Source: Eledone cirrhosa (Eukaryota). From it: a stretch of 64,000 bases of DNA. The notes beneath the pieces were generated by a model that saw only the letters and a program-made list of their open reading frames with translations, had not been told where the DNA came from and did no database searches. Below are positions 43,361-56,542 of this stretch, in pieces (the stretch's first letter is position 1; each line of letters begins with the position of its first letter). The stretch is from NCBI GenBank assembly GCA_964016885.1, contig OZ024741.1:332072001-332136000 (forward strand). The letters run 5' to 3'. The position numbers were made by a program, and so were the translations under genes.

Positions 43361-43425
43361 TATTTCATTATACATATTTCAAGGACACCAAAGCAAATTA
43401 TGGTGCGCTTTCATCAGATAAAATA
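43361..43425 (-). ncRNA. Type-I hammerhead ribozyme with long stem II
   Basis: Minus strand TATTTTAT-CTGATGA-AAGcGCACCA..TGGTGTcCTT-GAAA-TAtgTA-T-A-ATGAAATA; 8-bp stem I. Confidence 0.65.
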
Positions 43426-43582
43426 TAATATAGATCAGTTTTATAAACAAATATTGACATACCCTTAAAAGAATGCGACCATGTCTGTTGGAAACTCCCG
43501 GATAGTTGAGTGCTTTATATCAGTTATAAAAATATTTGCTTGTTGTATCCCAACAAATATAACTTCAATTAAATATAACTTC

Positions 43583-43675
<93 letters not shown>

Positions 43676-43721
43676 ATGTATATATATATATATGTATGTA
43701 TATATATATATATATATATAT

Positions 43722-43924
43722 ATAGGAGAGAGTATGACCCCGACAGCAGAGCTCAAGCCGTATTGACGGCTATTTCTGGACTACTTTAGTCCAGAAATAG
43801 CCGTCGAAACGGATTGAGTTCTGCTGTCGGGGTCATACTCTCTCCTATTACCCACTCTACTACCCTAAGTATTGAGTACTCTGCTGCATTATGGTCCATC
43901 TGGTTCCTTACCACAACTCCTCCG

Positions 43925-43927
<3 letters not shown>
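43722..43927 (+). repeat. Family X copy with a 127-bp terminal palindrome
   Basis: 43722-43848 inverted arms around an acttt loop. Confidence 0.92.
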
Positions 43928-43964
<37 letters not shown>

Positions 43965-44206
43965 TTATATATACATATGAATAAATACATATATATATGT
44001 ATTTGTATGTATATATATATATATATCTTTTAATTTGAGTTATTGATACTCTGGACAAATGTCCACTGAGCTTTTCTACTGAGAAACATAATCATCATAT
44101 ATCTTATATATGTTATGATACCTTAACTTAGTATATATCTGCTCCAAATTCTTAATTTGTTGAGCTGTTTATTCTATGACTAGTACTTCACCTGTCTTTC
44201 TAGCAG

Positions 44207-44243
44207 ATATGACGCCCAGTCCTATTTGTATTTGCTGCCATAG
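44207..44243 (+). CDS. Candidate terminal exon of the host gene
   Basis: cctgtctttctagcag| NAGNAG acceptor (44204 or 44207); phase 2 start gives (L)YDAQSYLYLLP-stop, followed by unique AT-rich sequence. Confidence 0.35.
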
Positions 44244-44490
44244 TTAAAACATTCTTCACATTATGCAGTCTATAGTTTTGGCTGAATCTCTGATCCAAAC
44301 AGATATAAAAATGTTTTGTACTTTTTTTGAATTTATCCAAAGACTTTACTAAAATCGATACATGGTAATTGATAATTGACTGTTTACACTGATCTTTGCT
44401 TTGGTTTATGAACTATGAAATGGTACTGTAAGAAATATAAGAACTTTTCCACCTTAAAATATGTACTTTTTCCTAAATATCACGTGCTTT

Positions 44491-47393
44491 ATCATCATCA
44501 TCATCATCATCACCGTTTTACGTCCGTTCTTCCACGCCAGCATGGGTTAGATGGGTTGTCCTGTTGTGGCCAGTGTCTGGTCGGCTGACCATGCCTTGCT
44601 CATACAGGAACTGATTTGGCTTGATTTCTACAGCTGGATTCCCTTCCTAACACCAACCTCATTTACAGTGAGTGCTGGGTGCTTTTTTCCGTGGCGCCTA
44701 CACGTCCACTTTACAGTGTGGGCTGGGTGCTTTTTTGCCGTGGCACCTCCACGACCACCTTGCGGTGGGGGGGGGGGGGGGGGCATATTGTCTATATGCT
44801 TCAGCTTGTACCCATGGGAGGTCGGGTACTCTGTATTACTGCGTGCCGCCAGAAGTCACGGTCGTGTGTCATTGCCTTTGAGAGGTGTAATTGGGTAAGG
44901 TCGGCTTTTATCACCTCATCCCAGGTCATCTTGGGTCTCCCCACTCCGCGGTTTCCATCAACTTCTAGTGCTTTGCACCTTTTTATGCAGCTGTCATCCT
45001 TCATACGCATCACATGTCCATACCAGCGCAACCGCCTCTCCTGCACACAGCATTTGATTCCTCTTATGCTCAGTCTCTCTCTCAATTCATTTATGCTTTG
45101 TCGTTCACGTATATTACTGTTACACATCCATTGGAGCATGCAGGCTTCGTTTCTCTCTAATCTACGTAGGTCTTCCACCTTCAGCGCTCAGGTCTCACTA
45201 CCATGCAACATCACTGTTCGGATACACGCATCATACAGTCTGCCTTTCATTCTGAGGGAGAAGCCTTTTGCAGCTAGCAGTGGTAGTAGTTCCCTAAACT
45301 TCTTCCATCCCGTTCTTACCCTAGTTATTGTTCTTTCTGAACACCCACCTCCGCTGCTAATTCGGTCACCTAGGTAGCAGAAGCTGTCTACTGTTTCTAC
45401 AGAGCCCTCCCAGAGATTGGTGGTACTTGTTTCCTGTGGCTGTTTGCTGCTTGCTGTCTCAGCACAGCTGCTGCATGTGAAGCCTATATTCTTAATTAAG
45501 CTTCCTGAGATCCCGCCACATCTCTTGTGTACCCATTGTTTGCATTTGGGGCAGAGAATGGAGTTCCTACCTACACCTTTCCTACATACTGAGCAAGGCC
45601 ATTTCCCTGAGGGGATCTGGGTTCTGTTTTCTCGTCTACTTACAAGGATCTTAGTCTTTGTCATGTTGACTTTGAGACTCTTTCTTTCTAGTCCCTGCTT
45701 CCAAGTTTGGAATTTATTCTCTAGTTCTACCATAGATTCAGCTATGAGTGCGAGGTCATCAGCATACAGGAGTTCCCATGGGCATCCGGTCTTAAACTCC
45801 TCCATTATTGCCTGCAGGACTATGATGAACAGGAGGGGGCTAAGAACAGAGCCCTGGTGGACCCCAACCTGTACGCTAAATTCCTCGCTATACTCATTGC
45901 TAATCCTAACTTTGCTGACTGCTCCCCTATACATAGCTTGTACCGCTTTCACAAGCCATTCATCTACTCCTAGTTTTCTAAGAGCCCACCAGATTACAGC
46001 ACATGGAACTCTGTCAAAGGCTTTCTCAAGGTCGACAAATGCCAAGTAGAGTGGCTTACTTTTAGCTAGGTACTTTTCCTGTAACTGCCTCACAAGGAAG
46101 AGGGCATCAGTGGTGCCTCTTCCTGGTACAAACCTAGATTGCATCTCGTCTAGTTTCACCCAGTCCCTAATCAACTGTGCTATAACTCTTTCTGTTACTT
46201 TCATGACCTGGTCCATCAACTTTATACCTCTATAGTTTCCTCTATCTAGTGCATCGCCTTTACCTTTGTAGCAGTTGACAATGATGCTACTGCACCAATC
46301 TTTTGGTATGACACCTTCTAGTATTACCTGGTTAACAATACGTGTGGTTATAGTGTGACCTACAGACCCAGATGCCTTCAGCATCTCGGCAGCTATACCC
46401 GATGGACTGGTTGCCTTCCCAATCTTTGATTGCCTTACTTACTACGCTGCTGCTGACTTGTACTGCTGGCCCCTCTATAGGGTCTACTTGGGGTAGGGTC
46501 TCTTCTTCCCATGCATTCTCCTCATTTAGTAATCTATCATAATGACTCTTCCATGCATCTTTCTTCTCAGCACTTGTGAGGGCAAGCTCACCTTTATCAT
46601 TCCGGATACACTTCTCTCCAATGACATCACAACTATCTCTGACACACTGCCTCGCAATCTTGAATACCTCCTGTTTCTGGTCCTCACATTGCAAAACATG
46701 CTTGAATTTTCTATCCTCTGCTTCCCTCCTAGCTAAGTATACTTGTCGCCTAGCTTTCCTCTTGGTCTCTATGTAATGTACCCTGCTCCCCCCGTTCTTC
46801 CATTCTTTCCATGCCTGTCTCTTGGCCTTAACTGCTTCATCTACCTTATTGTTCCACCACCAAGTCACTCTCCTCCTGCTTGAGGTCTTACTCCAGCCAC
46901 AGACCTCATCTGTCGCCTCTAGTAAATTATTTTTTAGGAACTCCCAGTTCTCTTCTACATTAAATGTCTCTATCTGTTCTTCTTTACTGTCATAGACGTT
47001 GAGTAAAATATCTTTAAATCTCTTACTGGTTGAGGGGACTTTCAGCTTCCAGATCTTTCTTCTCCAGGTTGGCCTCTGTTTCCAGGTTCGGCTAGTTCTA
47101 ACCGTGAGGTCGCTGACAACTAAGCTATGTTGTGATGTACATTCCTCACTAGGGAAGGCTTTTGTGTTTACGACCGTCCATCTGTCACGTCGTCTGATGA
47201 GGATAAAATCTATCTGACTGGAGTGCTCCCCTGATCTATAGGTGATCAGGTGGTTGTCGGGTTTTTTAAAGTTTGTGTTACATATCGACATGTCATTGGC
47301 GTCACAGAATTCTAGAAGTCTGAATCCTTCCTCATTTCCTGTGCCAACCCCATGGCCTCCATGTACTCTATTGAAGCCGTCGCAGCGTTTACC
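44491..47393 (-). mobile_element. RTE-clade LINE (subfamily A), ~2.9 kb, 5'-truncated, two frameshifts
   Basis: APE C-terminus (SQIDFIL..SQHSLV), RT (NYRGIKL, AFVDLEKAFDRV, GVHQGSVLSPLLF, YADD), C4HC3 finger, RRLRWYGHV..GRP, (GAT)n tail. Confidence 0.97.
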
Positions 47394-47649
47394 TATATAT
47401 GTACCTATATATGTACAAAATACTATATGTTTCTCAAACGATATATGGCTCTTTATAATCTTTTAATTTGAATTATTGATGACCATATAACCCAGCTCGT
47501 TCCTAACCATATTTCCTGGCCTTTTCCTAGTTATATTTCCAAGCCATATTACCAATGAAAATGACTGCTTATGATTTTCAAATTATTTTTAAAATAATGA
47601 AGAATTTAAAGGGTTTTCAATATAGCTTACTTTCTCATTATTTATCTGG

Positions 47650-47912
47650 TCTGTTATGGCTCTTTACATTCTGAGTTCAAATCCTGTTTCAGTTACCATT
47701 ACCTTTCATCCTTACAGAGTCAATAAAATAAAGTACCAGTAACACACTGGGTCAATTTAATCGACTTCAAATTGCTGTGCCAAATATAGAAACTACTATT
47801 ATTATCCCGCCGAGGTTAACTTTGCCTTTCATTCTTACGGGATCGATAAAATAAAGTACCAGTAATGTACTGGAGTAATTGCTGGCCTTGTGCCAAAGTA
47901 GAAACAATTATT
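47650..47912 (+). mobile_element. Two Deu/Nin-like SINE fragments
   Basis: cctttcatccttac..caataaaataaagtaccag occurs twice. Confidence 0.75.
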
Positions 47913-48033
47913 ATAGAAATGTTGGTTAGTTCATCTGTCTAATACGTTGTGCTAATAACATGAATACCAACGGCTTGACTCCTATACTGGTCACCTTTAG
48001 ATTAAAAGATGTCTATTTATCTCAGTCTCTCCT

Positions 48034-48064
<31 letters not shown>

Positions 48065-48379
48065 TTTTGTCTGTATGTCTATCTATCTTAGTCACTTTCT
48101 CTCTCACTCTCTCTGTATATGTCTGTATGTCAAGCTATCTTAGTCTCTTTCTCTCTCCCTTCCACTCCTTCCCTGCCCATGTAAAGCACTGTGAAATGAT
48201 ATGTTTTATGTTTTACTCATGAACAATACATCATCCACTCTAGGAATGAAAGCCACAACCTTATGATTGTGAGTTTACCAACCCCAACCACTAGGTCATG
48301 TGCCTTCACTAATCAACAGAAAAATCTATTGTTTCTAATTCTTGAATTATATCCAACTTTAGATTGTCATGTCATGGTC

Positions 48380-48710
48380 ATTTAAGGCCCCACTCGGTCA
48401 CAAATGACCATGGTTTTGCACCTAGAAAGTTTCCCTCCGAGGCACAAGCCTAGGCAAGGTTTGTTTTTTGTTGAAGACCAGCAGTCGCCCATGCATACCT
48501 GTTTCCCCACTCCGCGCCACCAATGTTATCCAAGGGAAAGCCAATGGCCAATACAGCTTGGCACCAGTGACATCGCAACTCATTTCTACAGCTGAGTAAA
48601 CTGGAGCAATGTGAAATAAAGGACACAAAGCATCACCCTGTCTGAGAATCAAACTCACAACCTCTCAATTGCAAGCCCAATGCTCTAACCACTGAGCCAT
48701 GCACCTTCAC
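48380..48710 (-). mobile_element. CORE/V-like tRNA SINE
   Basis: Reverse complement of the 21843-22075 family. Confidence 0.75.
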
Positions 48711-49332
48711 ACCTTTAGAATCTCCTGTCAGATAAAATACTTGACAGTGTTTAGTAACAACATTCTATGTCCTGTGTTCAAATCCTGCCACGGCCAACTT
48801 TGCTTTCATCTTTCCAGAGTCAATAAAATTACCTAAGTACCACTAGAGTACTGGGATTGATTTAATCAACTTCCCCCACCCATCAAAATATTTGGTCTTG
48901 TGCCTAAATTAGAAATTATTATTATGAATTTAATTTATTATACATAGTGTATGACAACCTCTCTGTTTCTCTCCTCCTCATTCTCTCTCCTTCTCTCTCT
49001 CTCTATCCCTCTCCCTTTCTCTCTCCTCCTCTCTCACTCTCCCTCATCTCCCCACCTCATCCCCTCTATCTTTCTCCCTCCCCCCGCTCCCTTTCTCCGT
49101 CCTCTCCCTTTCTCCGTCCTCTCCCTCTTCCCCTCTCCCCCTTTCCTCACCTCATCCCCTCTATCCTTTTCCCTTCTCCCTCTCTCTTTCTCCGTCCTCT
49201 CCCCCTCCTCTCACACTCTCTCCTCCCCTCTCTGTGGTAAAAGGGGATTCATTCTTTTAAGAGTTGAAATCATAATGAAGACTGTTTCAGAAACTAAAAT
49301 ATTACAGGAAAGACATATAAAGAGTAAATGTA

Positions 49333-49371
<39 letters not shown>

Positions 49372-49429
49372 ATATACCTGGCTAAATAAATATATAAATA
49401 ATATACCTGGCTAAATAAATATATAAATA

Positions 49430-50604
49430 AATGGCCATGCTCAGTGTGTAGGAAAGGAGTAGGCAGAAACTCCATTTTATGTCCCAAATGCAAAGTATGG
49501 GTGCATAAAAGATGTAGTGGGATCACAGGTAAGCTAACTAAGAATATAGATTTTATGTGGCCAGTGCTCAGGTGCAATAAGTAGCAGCAAATGCCCACAA
49601 AATACTAGCTCATTCCATTGCCCAGATGGTTCTACAGAAAATAGTGGACACCTTCCGTTACCTGGGTGACAAAATCAGCAGTGGTGGAGGGTGCTCCGAA
49701 AGCACTGTAGCTAGAGTCAAAACGGGATGGAAAAAGTTCAGAGCGCTTATACCACTATTGGCCGCTAAAGGTTTCTCTCTAAAAATGAAAGGCAGGTTGT
49801 ATGATGCCTGCATACGAACAGCGATGTTACATGGCAGTGAGACATGGGCCTTGTGTGCAGAAGTCCCAACGCAGACTGGAAAGGAACGAAGCTTGCATGC
49901 TCCGTTGGATGTGTAATAGTAATATACGCGAACAGCAAAGCATAAATGAACTAAGTGAGAAATTAGGAATAAGAGGGATCAGATGCTGTTTACTCGAGAG
50001 AAGACTACATTGGTATGGTCATGTGATGCACATGAAAGATGACAGCTGTATGAAAAAGTGCAGGGCGATCAAAATAGATGGTAGCTACGGAGTAGGCAGA
50101 CCCAGAAAAACCTGGGACGACTTAATAAATTCCGACCTCACAAACTTACACCTCTCCAAGACAATGTCACTGGACCGAGATCTTTGGCGCTATGCAGTAA
50201 TACAGAAGACCTGCCTTGCCTAAGTAGAAAGCGAAACCTACAGTCAGTAGGCACCTCTTAACCAAAATACACCCCCGTCCCACTACCCCTACTCCAACTG
50301 CCATCTACACCACCCCTTTCGATGTAAAGCTATGTTGGTACCACAACATCCAGTCCTAAATAAATGAGGTCGTGTAGGTATCACGACAAAAAACACACAG
50401 TCCACGCTGTAATGTGGCTGTGTAGGTAACACGGTAAAAACCTCCCAGTCCACACTGTAAACATGGTTGGTGTCAGGAAGGGCATCCAGCCGTAGAAAAC
50501 CTGCCAGACAGTCCTGAGCAAGACAACCAATCTTGCTTCAAGTGTGACAATTCCCGTCCAGACCCATGCTAGCGTGGAAGATGGACGTTAAACGATGATG
50601 ATGA
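49430..50604 (+). mobile_element. RTE LINE 3' portion (subfamily B), frameshifted
   Basis: WPCSVCRKGVGRNSILCPKC, FRYLGDKISSGGGCSES..MLHGSETW, RRLHWYGHV; UTR and (GAT)n tail. Confidence 0.93.
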
Positions 50605-50744
50605 AATAATGTAGATGGCTAAAGAAATATATAAAAGTAAGCCTTGGATTCTTACATGACAACAATATTTATAAATTTTATAAATTTTTTATTTGAGAAA
50701 TAATGTTCAAGTTAGTGTGGAAGAAAATGTAGTTGTTATGTATA

Positions 50745-53425
50745 TGGTGGTGGTAGTGATGATGATGGTTGTGGTGTTGGTGGGAGTGGGGGTGGTAGTG
50801 ATGATGATGGTTGTGGTGTTGGTGGGAGTGGGGGTGGTAGTGATGATGATGGTTGTGGTGTTGGTGGAAGTGGCGGTGGTAGTGATGATGATGGTTGTGG
50901 TGTTGGTGGGAGTGGGGGTGGTAGTGATGATGATGGTTGTGGTGTTGGTGGAAGTGGCGGTGGTAGTGATGATGATGGTTGTGGTGTTGGTGGGAGTGGG
51001 GGTGGTAGTGATGATGATGGTTGTGGTGTTGGTGGTAGTGGGGGTGGTAGTGATGATGATGGTTGTGGTGTTGGTGGGAGTGGGGGTGGTAGTGATGATG
51101 ATGGTTGTGGTGTTGGTGGAAGTGGCGGTGGTAGTGATGATGATGGTTGTGGTGTTGGTGGGAGTGGCGGTGGTAGTGATGATGATGGTTGTGGTGTTGG
51201 TGGTAGTGGGGGTGGTAGTGATGATGATGGTTGTGGTGTTGGTGGGAGTGGCGGTGGTAGTGATGATGATGGTTGTGGTGTTGGTGGGAGTGGCGGTGGT
51301 AGTGATGATGATGGTTGTGGTGTTGGTGGGAGTGGGGGTGGTAGTGATGATGATGGTTGTGGTGTTGGTGGTAGTGGGGGTGGTAGTGATGATGATGGTT
51401 GTGGTGTTGGTGGGAGTGGCGGTGGTAGTGATGATGATGGTTGTGGTGTTGGTGGGAGTGGCGGTGGTAGTGATGATGATGGTTGTGGTGTTGGTGGGAG
51501 TGGGGGTGGTAGTGATGATGATGGTTGTGGTGTTGGTGGAAGTGGCGGTGGTAGTGATGATGATGGTTGTGGTGTTGGTGGGAGTGGGGGTGGTAGTGAT
51601 GATGATGGTTGTGGTGTTGGTGGAAGTGGCGGTGGTAGTGATGATGATGGTTGTGGTGTTGGTGGGAGTGGGGGTGGTAGTGATGATGATGGTTGTGGTG
51701 TTGGTGGAAGTGGCGGTGGTAGTGATGATGATGGTTGTGGTGTTGGTGGGAGTGGCGGTGGTAGTGATGATGATGGTTGTGGTGTTGGTGGGAGTGGGGG
51801 TGGTAGTGATGATGATGGTTGTGGTGTTGGTGGTAGTGGGGGTGGTAGTGATGATGATGGTTGTGGTGTTGGTGGGAGTGGCGGTGGTAGTGATGATGAT
51901 GGTTGTGGTGTTGGTGGTAGTGGGGGTGGTAGTGATGATGATGGTTGTGGTGTTGGTGGGAGTGGCGGTGGTAGTGATGATGATGGTTGTGGTGTTGGTG
52001 GGAGTGGCGGTGGTAGTGATGATGATGGTTGTGGTGTTGGTGGTAGTGGCGGTGGTAGTGATGATGATGGTTGTGGTGTTGGTGGGAGTGGGGGTGGTAG
52101 TGATGATGATGGTTGTGGTGTTGGTGGTAGTGGGGGTGGTAGTGATGATGATGGTTGTGGTGTTGGTGGTAGTGGGGGTGGTAGTGATGATGATGGTTGT
52201 GGTGTTGGTGGTAAAGGCGGTGGTAGTGATGATGATGGTTGTGGTGTTGGTGGTAGTGGCGGTGGTAGTGATGATGATGGTTGTGGTGTTGGTGGTAGTG
52301 GCGGTGGTAGTGATGATGATGGTTGTGGTGTTGGTGGGAGTGGGGGTGGTAGTGATGATGATGGTTGTGGTGTTGGTGGTAGTGGGGGTGGTAGTGATGA
52401 TGATGGTTGTGGTGTTGGTGGTAGTGGCGGTGGTAGTGATGATGATGGTTGTGGTGTTGGTGGTAAAGGCGGTGGTAGTGATGATGATGGTTGTGGTGTT
52501 GGTGGTAGTGGCGGTGGTAGTGATGATGATGGTTGTGGTGTTGGTGGTAGTGGGGGTGGTAGTGATGATGATGGTTGTGGTGTTGGTGGTAGTGGGGGTG
52601 GTAGTGATGATGATGGTTGTGGTGTTGGTGGTAGTGGCGGTGGTAGTGACGATGATGGTTGTGGTGTTGGTGGTAGTGGTGGTGGTAGTGATGATGATGG
52701 TTGTGGTGTTGGTGGTAGTGGGGGTGGTAGTGATGATGATGGTTGTGGTGTTGGTGGTAGTGGTGGTGGTAGTGATGATGATGGTTGTGGTGTTGGTGGT
52801 AGTGGCGGTGGTAGTGATGATGATGGTTGTGGTGTTGGTGGTAGTGGGGGTGGTAGTGATGATGATGGTTGTGGTGTTGGTGGTAGTGGGGGTGGTAGTG
52901 ATGATGATGGTTGTGGTGTTGGTGGAAGTGGCGGTGGTAGTGATGATGATGGTTGTGGTGTTGGTGGTAGTGGTGGTGGTAGTGATGATGATGGTTGTGG
53001 TGTTGGTGGAAGTGGCGGTGGTAGTGATGATGATGGTTGTGGTGTTGGTGGGAGTGGTGGTGGTAGTGATGATGATGGTTGTGGTGTTGGTGGGAGTGGG
53101 GGTGGTAGTGATGATGATGGTTGTGGTGTTGGTGGGAGTGGGGGTGGTAGTGATGATGATGGTTGTGGTGTTGGTGGTAGTGGTGGTGGTAGTGATGATG
53201 ATGGTTGTGGTGTTGGTGGGAGTGGGGGTGGTAGTGATGATGATGGTTGTGGTGTTGGTGGGAGTGGGGATGGTAGTGATGATGATGGTTGTGGTGTTGG
53301 TGGTAGTGGTGGTGGTAGTGATGATGATGGTTGTGGTGTTGGTGGAAGTGGCGGTGGTAGTGATGATGATGGTTGTGGTGTTGGTGGGAGTGGGGATGGT
53401 AGTGATGATGATGGTTGTGGTGTTG
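50745..53425. repeat. 42-bp minisatellite, about 64 copies
   Basis: Unit ggtggtagtgatgatgatggttgtggtgttggtgg(g/a/t)agtgg(g/c/t); period visible directly. Confidence 0.98.
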
Positions 53426-54734
53426 GTGTTGGTGGTGGTGTTGGTGATAGTGATAGTGATGATAGTGGTAGTGATAGTGATGATGATGGTAGTGCTGTTG
53501 TTGTTGGTAGTGGTTGTGGTGGTGATGGTGGTAACAATTGTGGTGGTAGAATTTGCATTCGGGTAAATGGCACAAAGTTGAAACCATTCAATGTGGGTGT
53601 TGGACTCTGTCAAGGGTGTGTACTGTCACTACAGCATTGACATGTGCAGTCGGGCTGGAAGTGATATCAAGAGCAGCAGGTGTAGGATCACTTGGCTGAA
53701 ATTTGCAGATGACATGTGTATGTGTATGTATGTATTATGTATGTGTAGGCCTTTCCCCCCACTTAAAAAACCTCAAAGCACAGGCATTGCTTGTTCAGGA
53801 TATGTTACAGGTTCGTGTGGCTGGCCGTAGCCTAAAAGTGCACCAAACTCTATAATCTGACCAGCGTTTGCAATACTCTCAGCAGAGTTTGCAGCCATCA
53901 TGTGTGTATATGTATGATGATAATGTAAATTATTGTGTACAGTGCTCAGATGCACTACAACTCATCAAAGGTGTATGTATAGTACATAGAATAATGTACA
54001 AATGTCAGGAAAATGAACAGTGTATGAGTCATGATATACATACACACACACACATAGAGAGACATAAGGGCGCCTACTTCAAACAGTGGAAGGATCACTG
54101 AGATAGTGTGTCGAGGCATGGGGGCGGGGGGACAACTGCAAATGAGATGAGAAACTGAACTCCACCAAATATGTAATTTATTTCCCTAGGCTATGGTCAG
54201 ATTTTTTTTCACAAACTTTGTATATCTTTGTGCACACACATGTGCAGCTAACTCAATATACGTTTTTTCTAAAAAAATATTTTTTTTATTTCTACCACTT
54301 TTCACTCTCTATCTTTCTATTTCATCTTTTGTTTCTGATTCTATCTTCCAATGAAGGACTAGTGTCTGAAACGCATCTTTAAATACATATATCTATATCT
54401 CTCTCTTTCTCTGACAATTTGCAGCACATAAAAGAAGCAAGACCAGAACATTATCAACATCAGGAAAGGGACAGAACTGAACATCTCTGACAACAACAAC
54501 TACTTCAACAACAACAGCAACAAAAGATAACCTGTACTTAAGCAGTGTTTTGTTTTTTTTACCAAAGACCCAACAGTCCACTGGTCAAGCAACAACAGCA
54601 ACAACAAAAGCTAATTTGTAATCTGTAGTTCACCAATGTTTTTGACCAAATACCCAACAGCCCACAGGTTGAACAACAATTGACACAGTAAGTAAATTCT
54701 GTGACACCTGGCCAAAGGTTACTGCAGATAGATT

Positions 54735-55010
54735 CAATATATACTATGGAACATGGATTAAATTCTCACCATGGTACATGGATACAATTCTCACCATGGT
54801 ACATAAATATGATTTTCACCATGGAATATAAATACAATTCTCACCATGGAATATATATATATAATCCTCGCCATGGTACATATAAACAATTCTGACCATG
54901 GAACATGGATTATATTCTCACATGGAACATGAACACACTTCTCACCATGGAACATGGATTAAATTCTTACCATGGAGAAACATGGATTTAATTCTCATCA
55001 TGGAACATAA
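54735..55010. repeat. Degenerate ~26-bp tandem repeat centred on CCATGG
   Basis: ttctcaccatggaacatggattaaa-like units, roughly 10 copies. Confidence 0.8.
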
Positions 55011-55012
55011 AA

Positions 55013-55092
<80 letters not shown>

Positions 55093-55192
55093 CAAGAGTA
55101 TTGTAATATTTTCAGAATTTTTATCTTTCCAGAGAAAATATTTCACAATCAGATGATAAGATTGTGCACATTTAACAAAGGATGAATTAACA

Positions 55193-55770
55193 CATTTAGT
55201 GTAATGAAACCCTAAAGAATATTTGGGCTCACATTCAATATGCCCTTAACTATATGTTCTTCATGCAGAAGATATCCATTGAAAATAATTTCACCTTCAT
55301 GTTATAAGACTGTACTTGTATGTATTTTTAATAAAAAATATAATATATTTAGTGTAGTGTGTCCTAAAGAAATATTTAGCACACATTAAATATATTAACC
55401 TGCCCTCAAATATATGTTCTTCATGCAAAGGTGTCCCTAGGAAATATTTTCACATTCATGTTATAAGACTGTACAAGTATTTTTTAATAGACATCTAATA
55501 TATTTAGTGTAGTGTGTCCTTAAGAAATGTTTGGCACACATTAAATATATTAGTTTACCCTTTGTCCTTAGTTATATGTCCTTCATACAAAAGGCATTCC
55601 TTGGAAATAATTTCTCCCATCAGTTGTCAAGGCTGTATACTTTGAGTAAATGGCAGGCTATTTAATGTAGTGCGCCCCAAAGAATGTTTTCACTTACTAC
55701 ATTTAATATATTAGTCTGCCTTTTCCATGTTCTTCACACGAAAGCCATCCCTTGAAAATAATTTCACATT
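55193..55770. repeat. Diverged ~155-bp tandem repeat, four units
   Basis: atttagtgta..taaagaa..atatgttcttcat..gaaaataatttcac recurs at ~55194, 55347, 55502 and 55660. Confidence 0.8.
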
Positions 55771-56299
55771 GTATTTTTGTAAACAGAAAGAATGTTTTTC
55801 TTTGTATAATTTCTTTGTTTCCTTTTATTCTTTTTAACAACTAGACTATTTAAAGAAACAAACAAATCTCACACTACCCCTTTCCTTTCAATTCCTCCAT
55901 CTTATTCAAATCTCAACATGCTATTTTCATTTCTAAACTACAATTTAGCTCCACATAACATCACCTTTTACAGAGTTCTGTGTATTAACCTCTATAGGAA
56001 CGTTGGCATGGTGGTTTGTACTGCTAGAAAAAAACAGCCAAAACATTCAAATTGCATCCTACCATCACAGAAAAAAATATAATAACCAAAAACAAAAGAG
56101 AAAACAGGATTAATAATGTGGTCTTGGGTTTCCTGTATATAAAAAAAAAAACGGGATGGCACAGGTGAAATGTCATTCATGATAGGTCAGCTGGATCAGG
56201 GTTGACATGGAGGTAAGCAACAGAATTTCTTTTACAAGCTGGGGAGCATTAGAATATGAAGGCATATTTATCATACTTAGTATCACACCAACTGTGGTA

Positions 56300-56542
56300 C
56301 CACACCCATAATGGTGACATGCTCACCCTGGTGCCATGCCCACCCTGGTGACAAGCCCATCCTGGTGACAAGCCCATCATGGTGCCATACCCAGCATGGT
56401 GACATGCCCTCCATGGTGCCATGTTCTCCATGGGGCCATGTTCTCCATGGGGCTATGCCCTCCATGGTGACATGCCCCCCTTGGTGACATACCCACATTG
56501 GTGACACACCTACATTGGTGACATACCCACTATGGGTGACAC
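56300..56542. repeat. Degenerate ~16-17-bp tandem repeat
   Basis: catggtgacatgccc-like units. Confidence 0.8.

Noticed and set aside
44679-46049. Plus-strand ORFs of 232 and 210 aa
   Set aside because: Antisense shadows of the RTE ORF.
50745-53425. CRISPR-like array
   Set aside because: No unique spacers, eukaryotic context and no cas genes.
50678-53613. His-rich (969 aa), Thr-rich (968 aa) and Val-rich (957 aa) ORFs
   Set aside because: Alternative frames of the 42-bp minisatellite in which repeat variants change residues freely; only the Pro frame is kept as a hypothesis.
54735-55010. CRISPR-like repeat with a palindromic core
   Set aside because: Units are contiguous and degenerate with no spacers.
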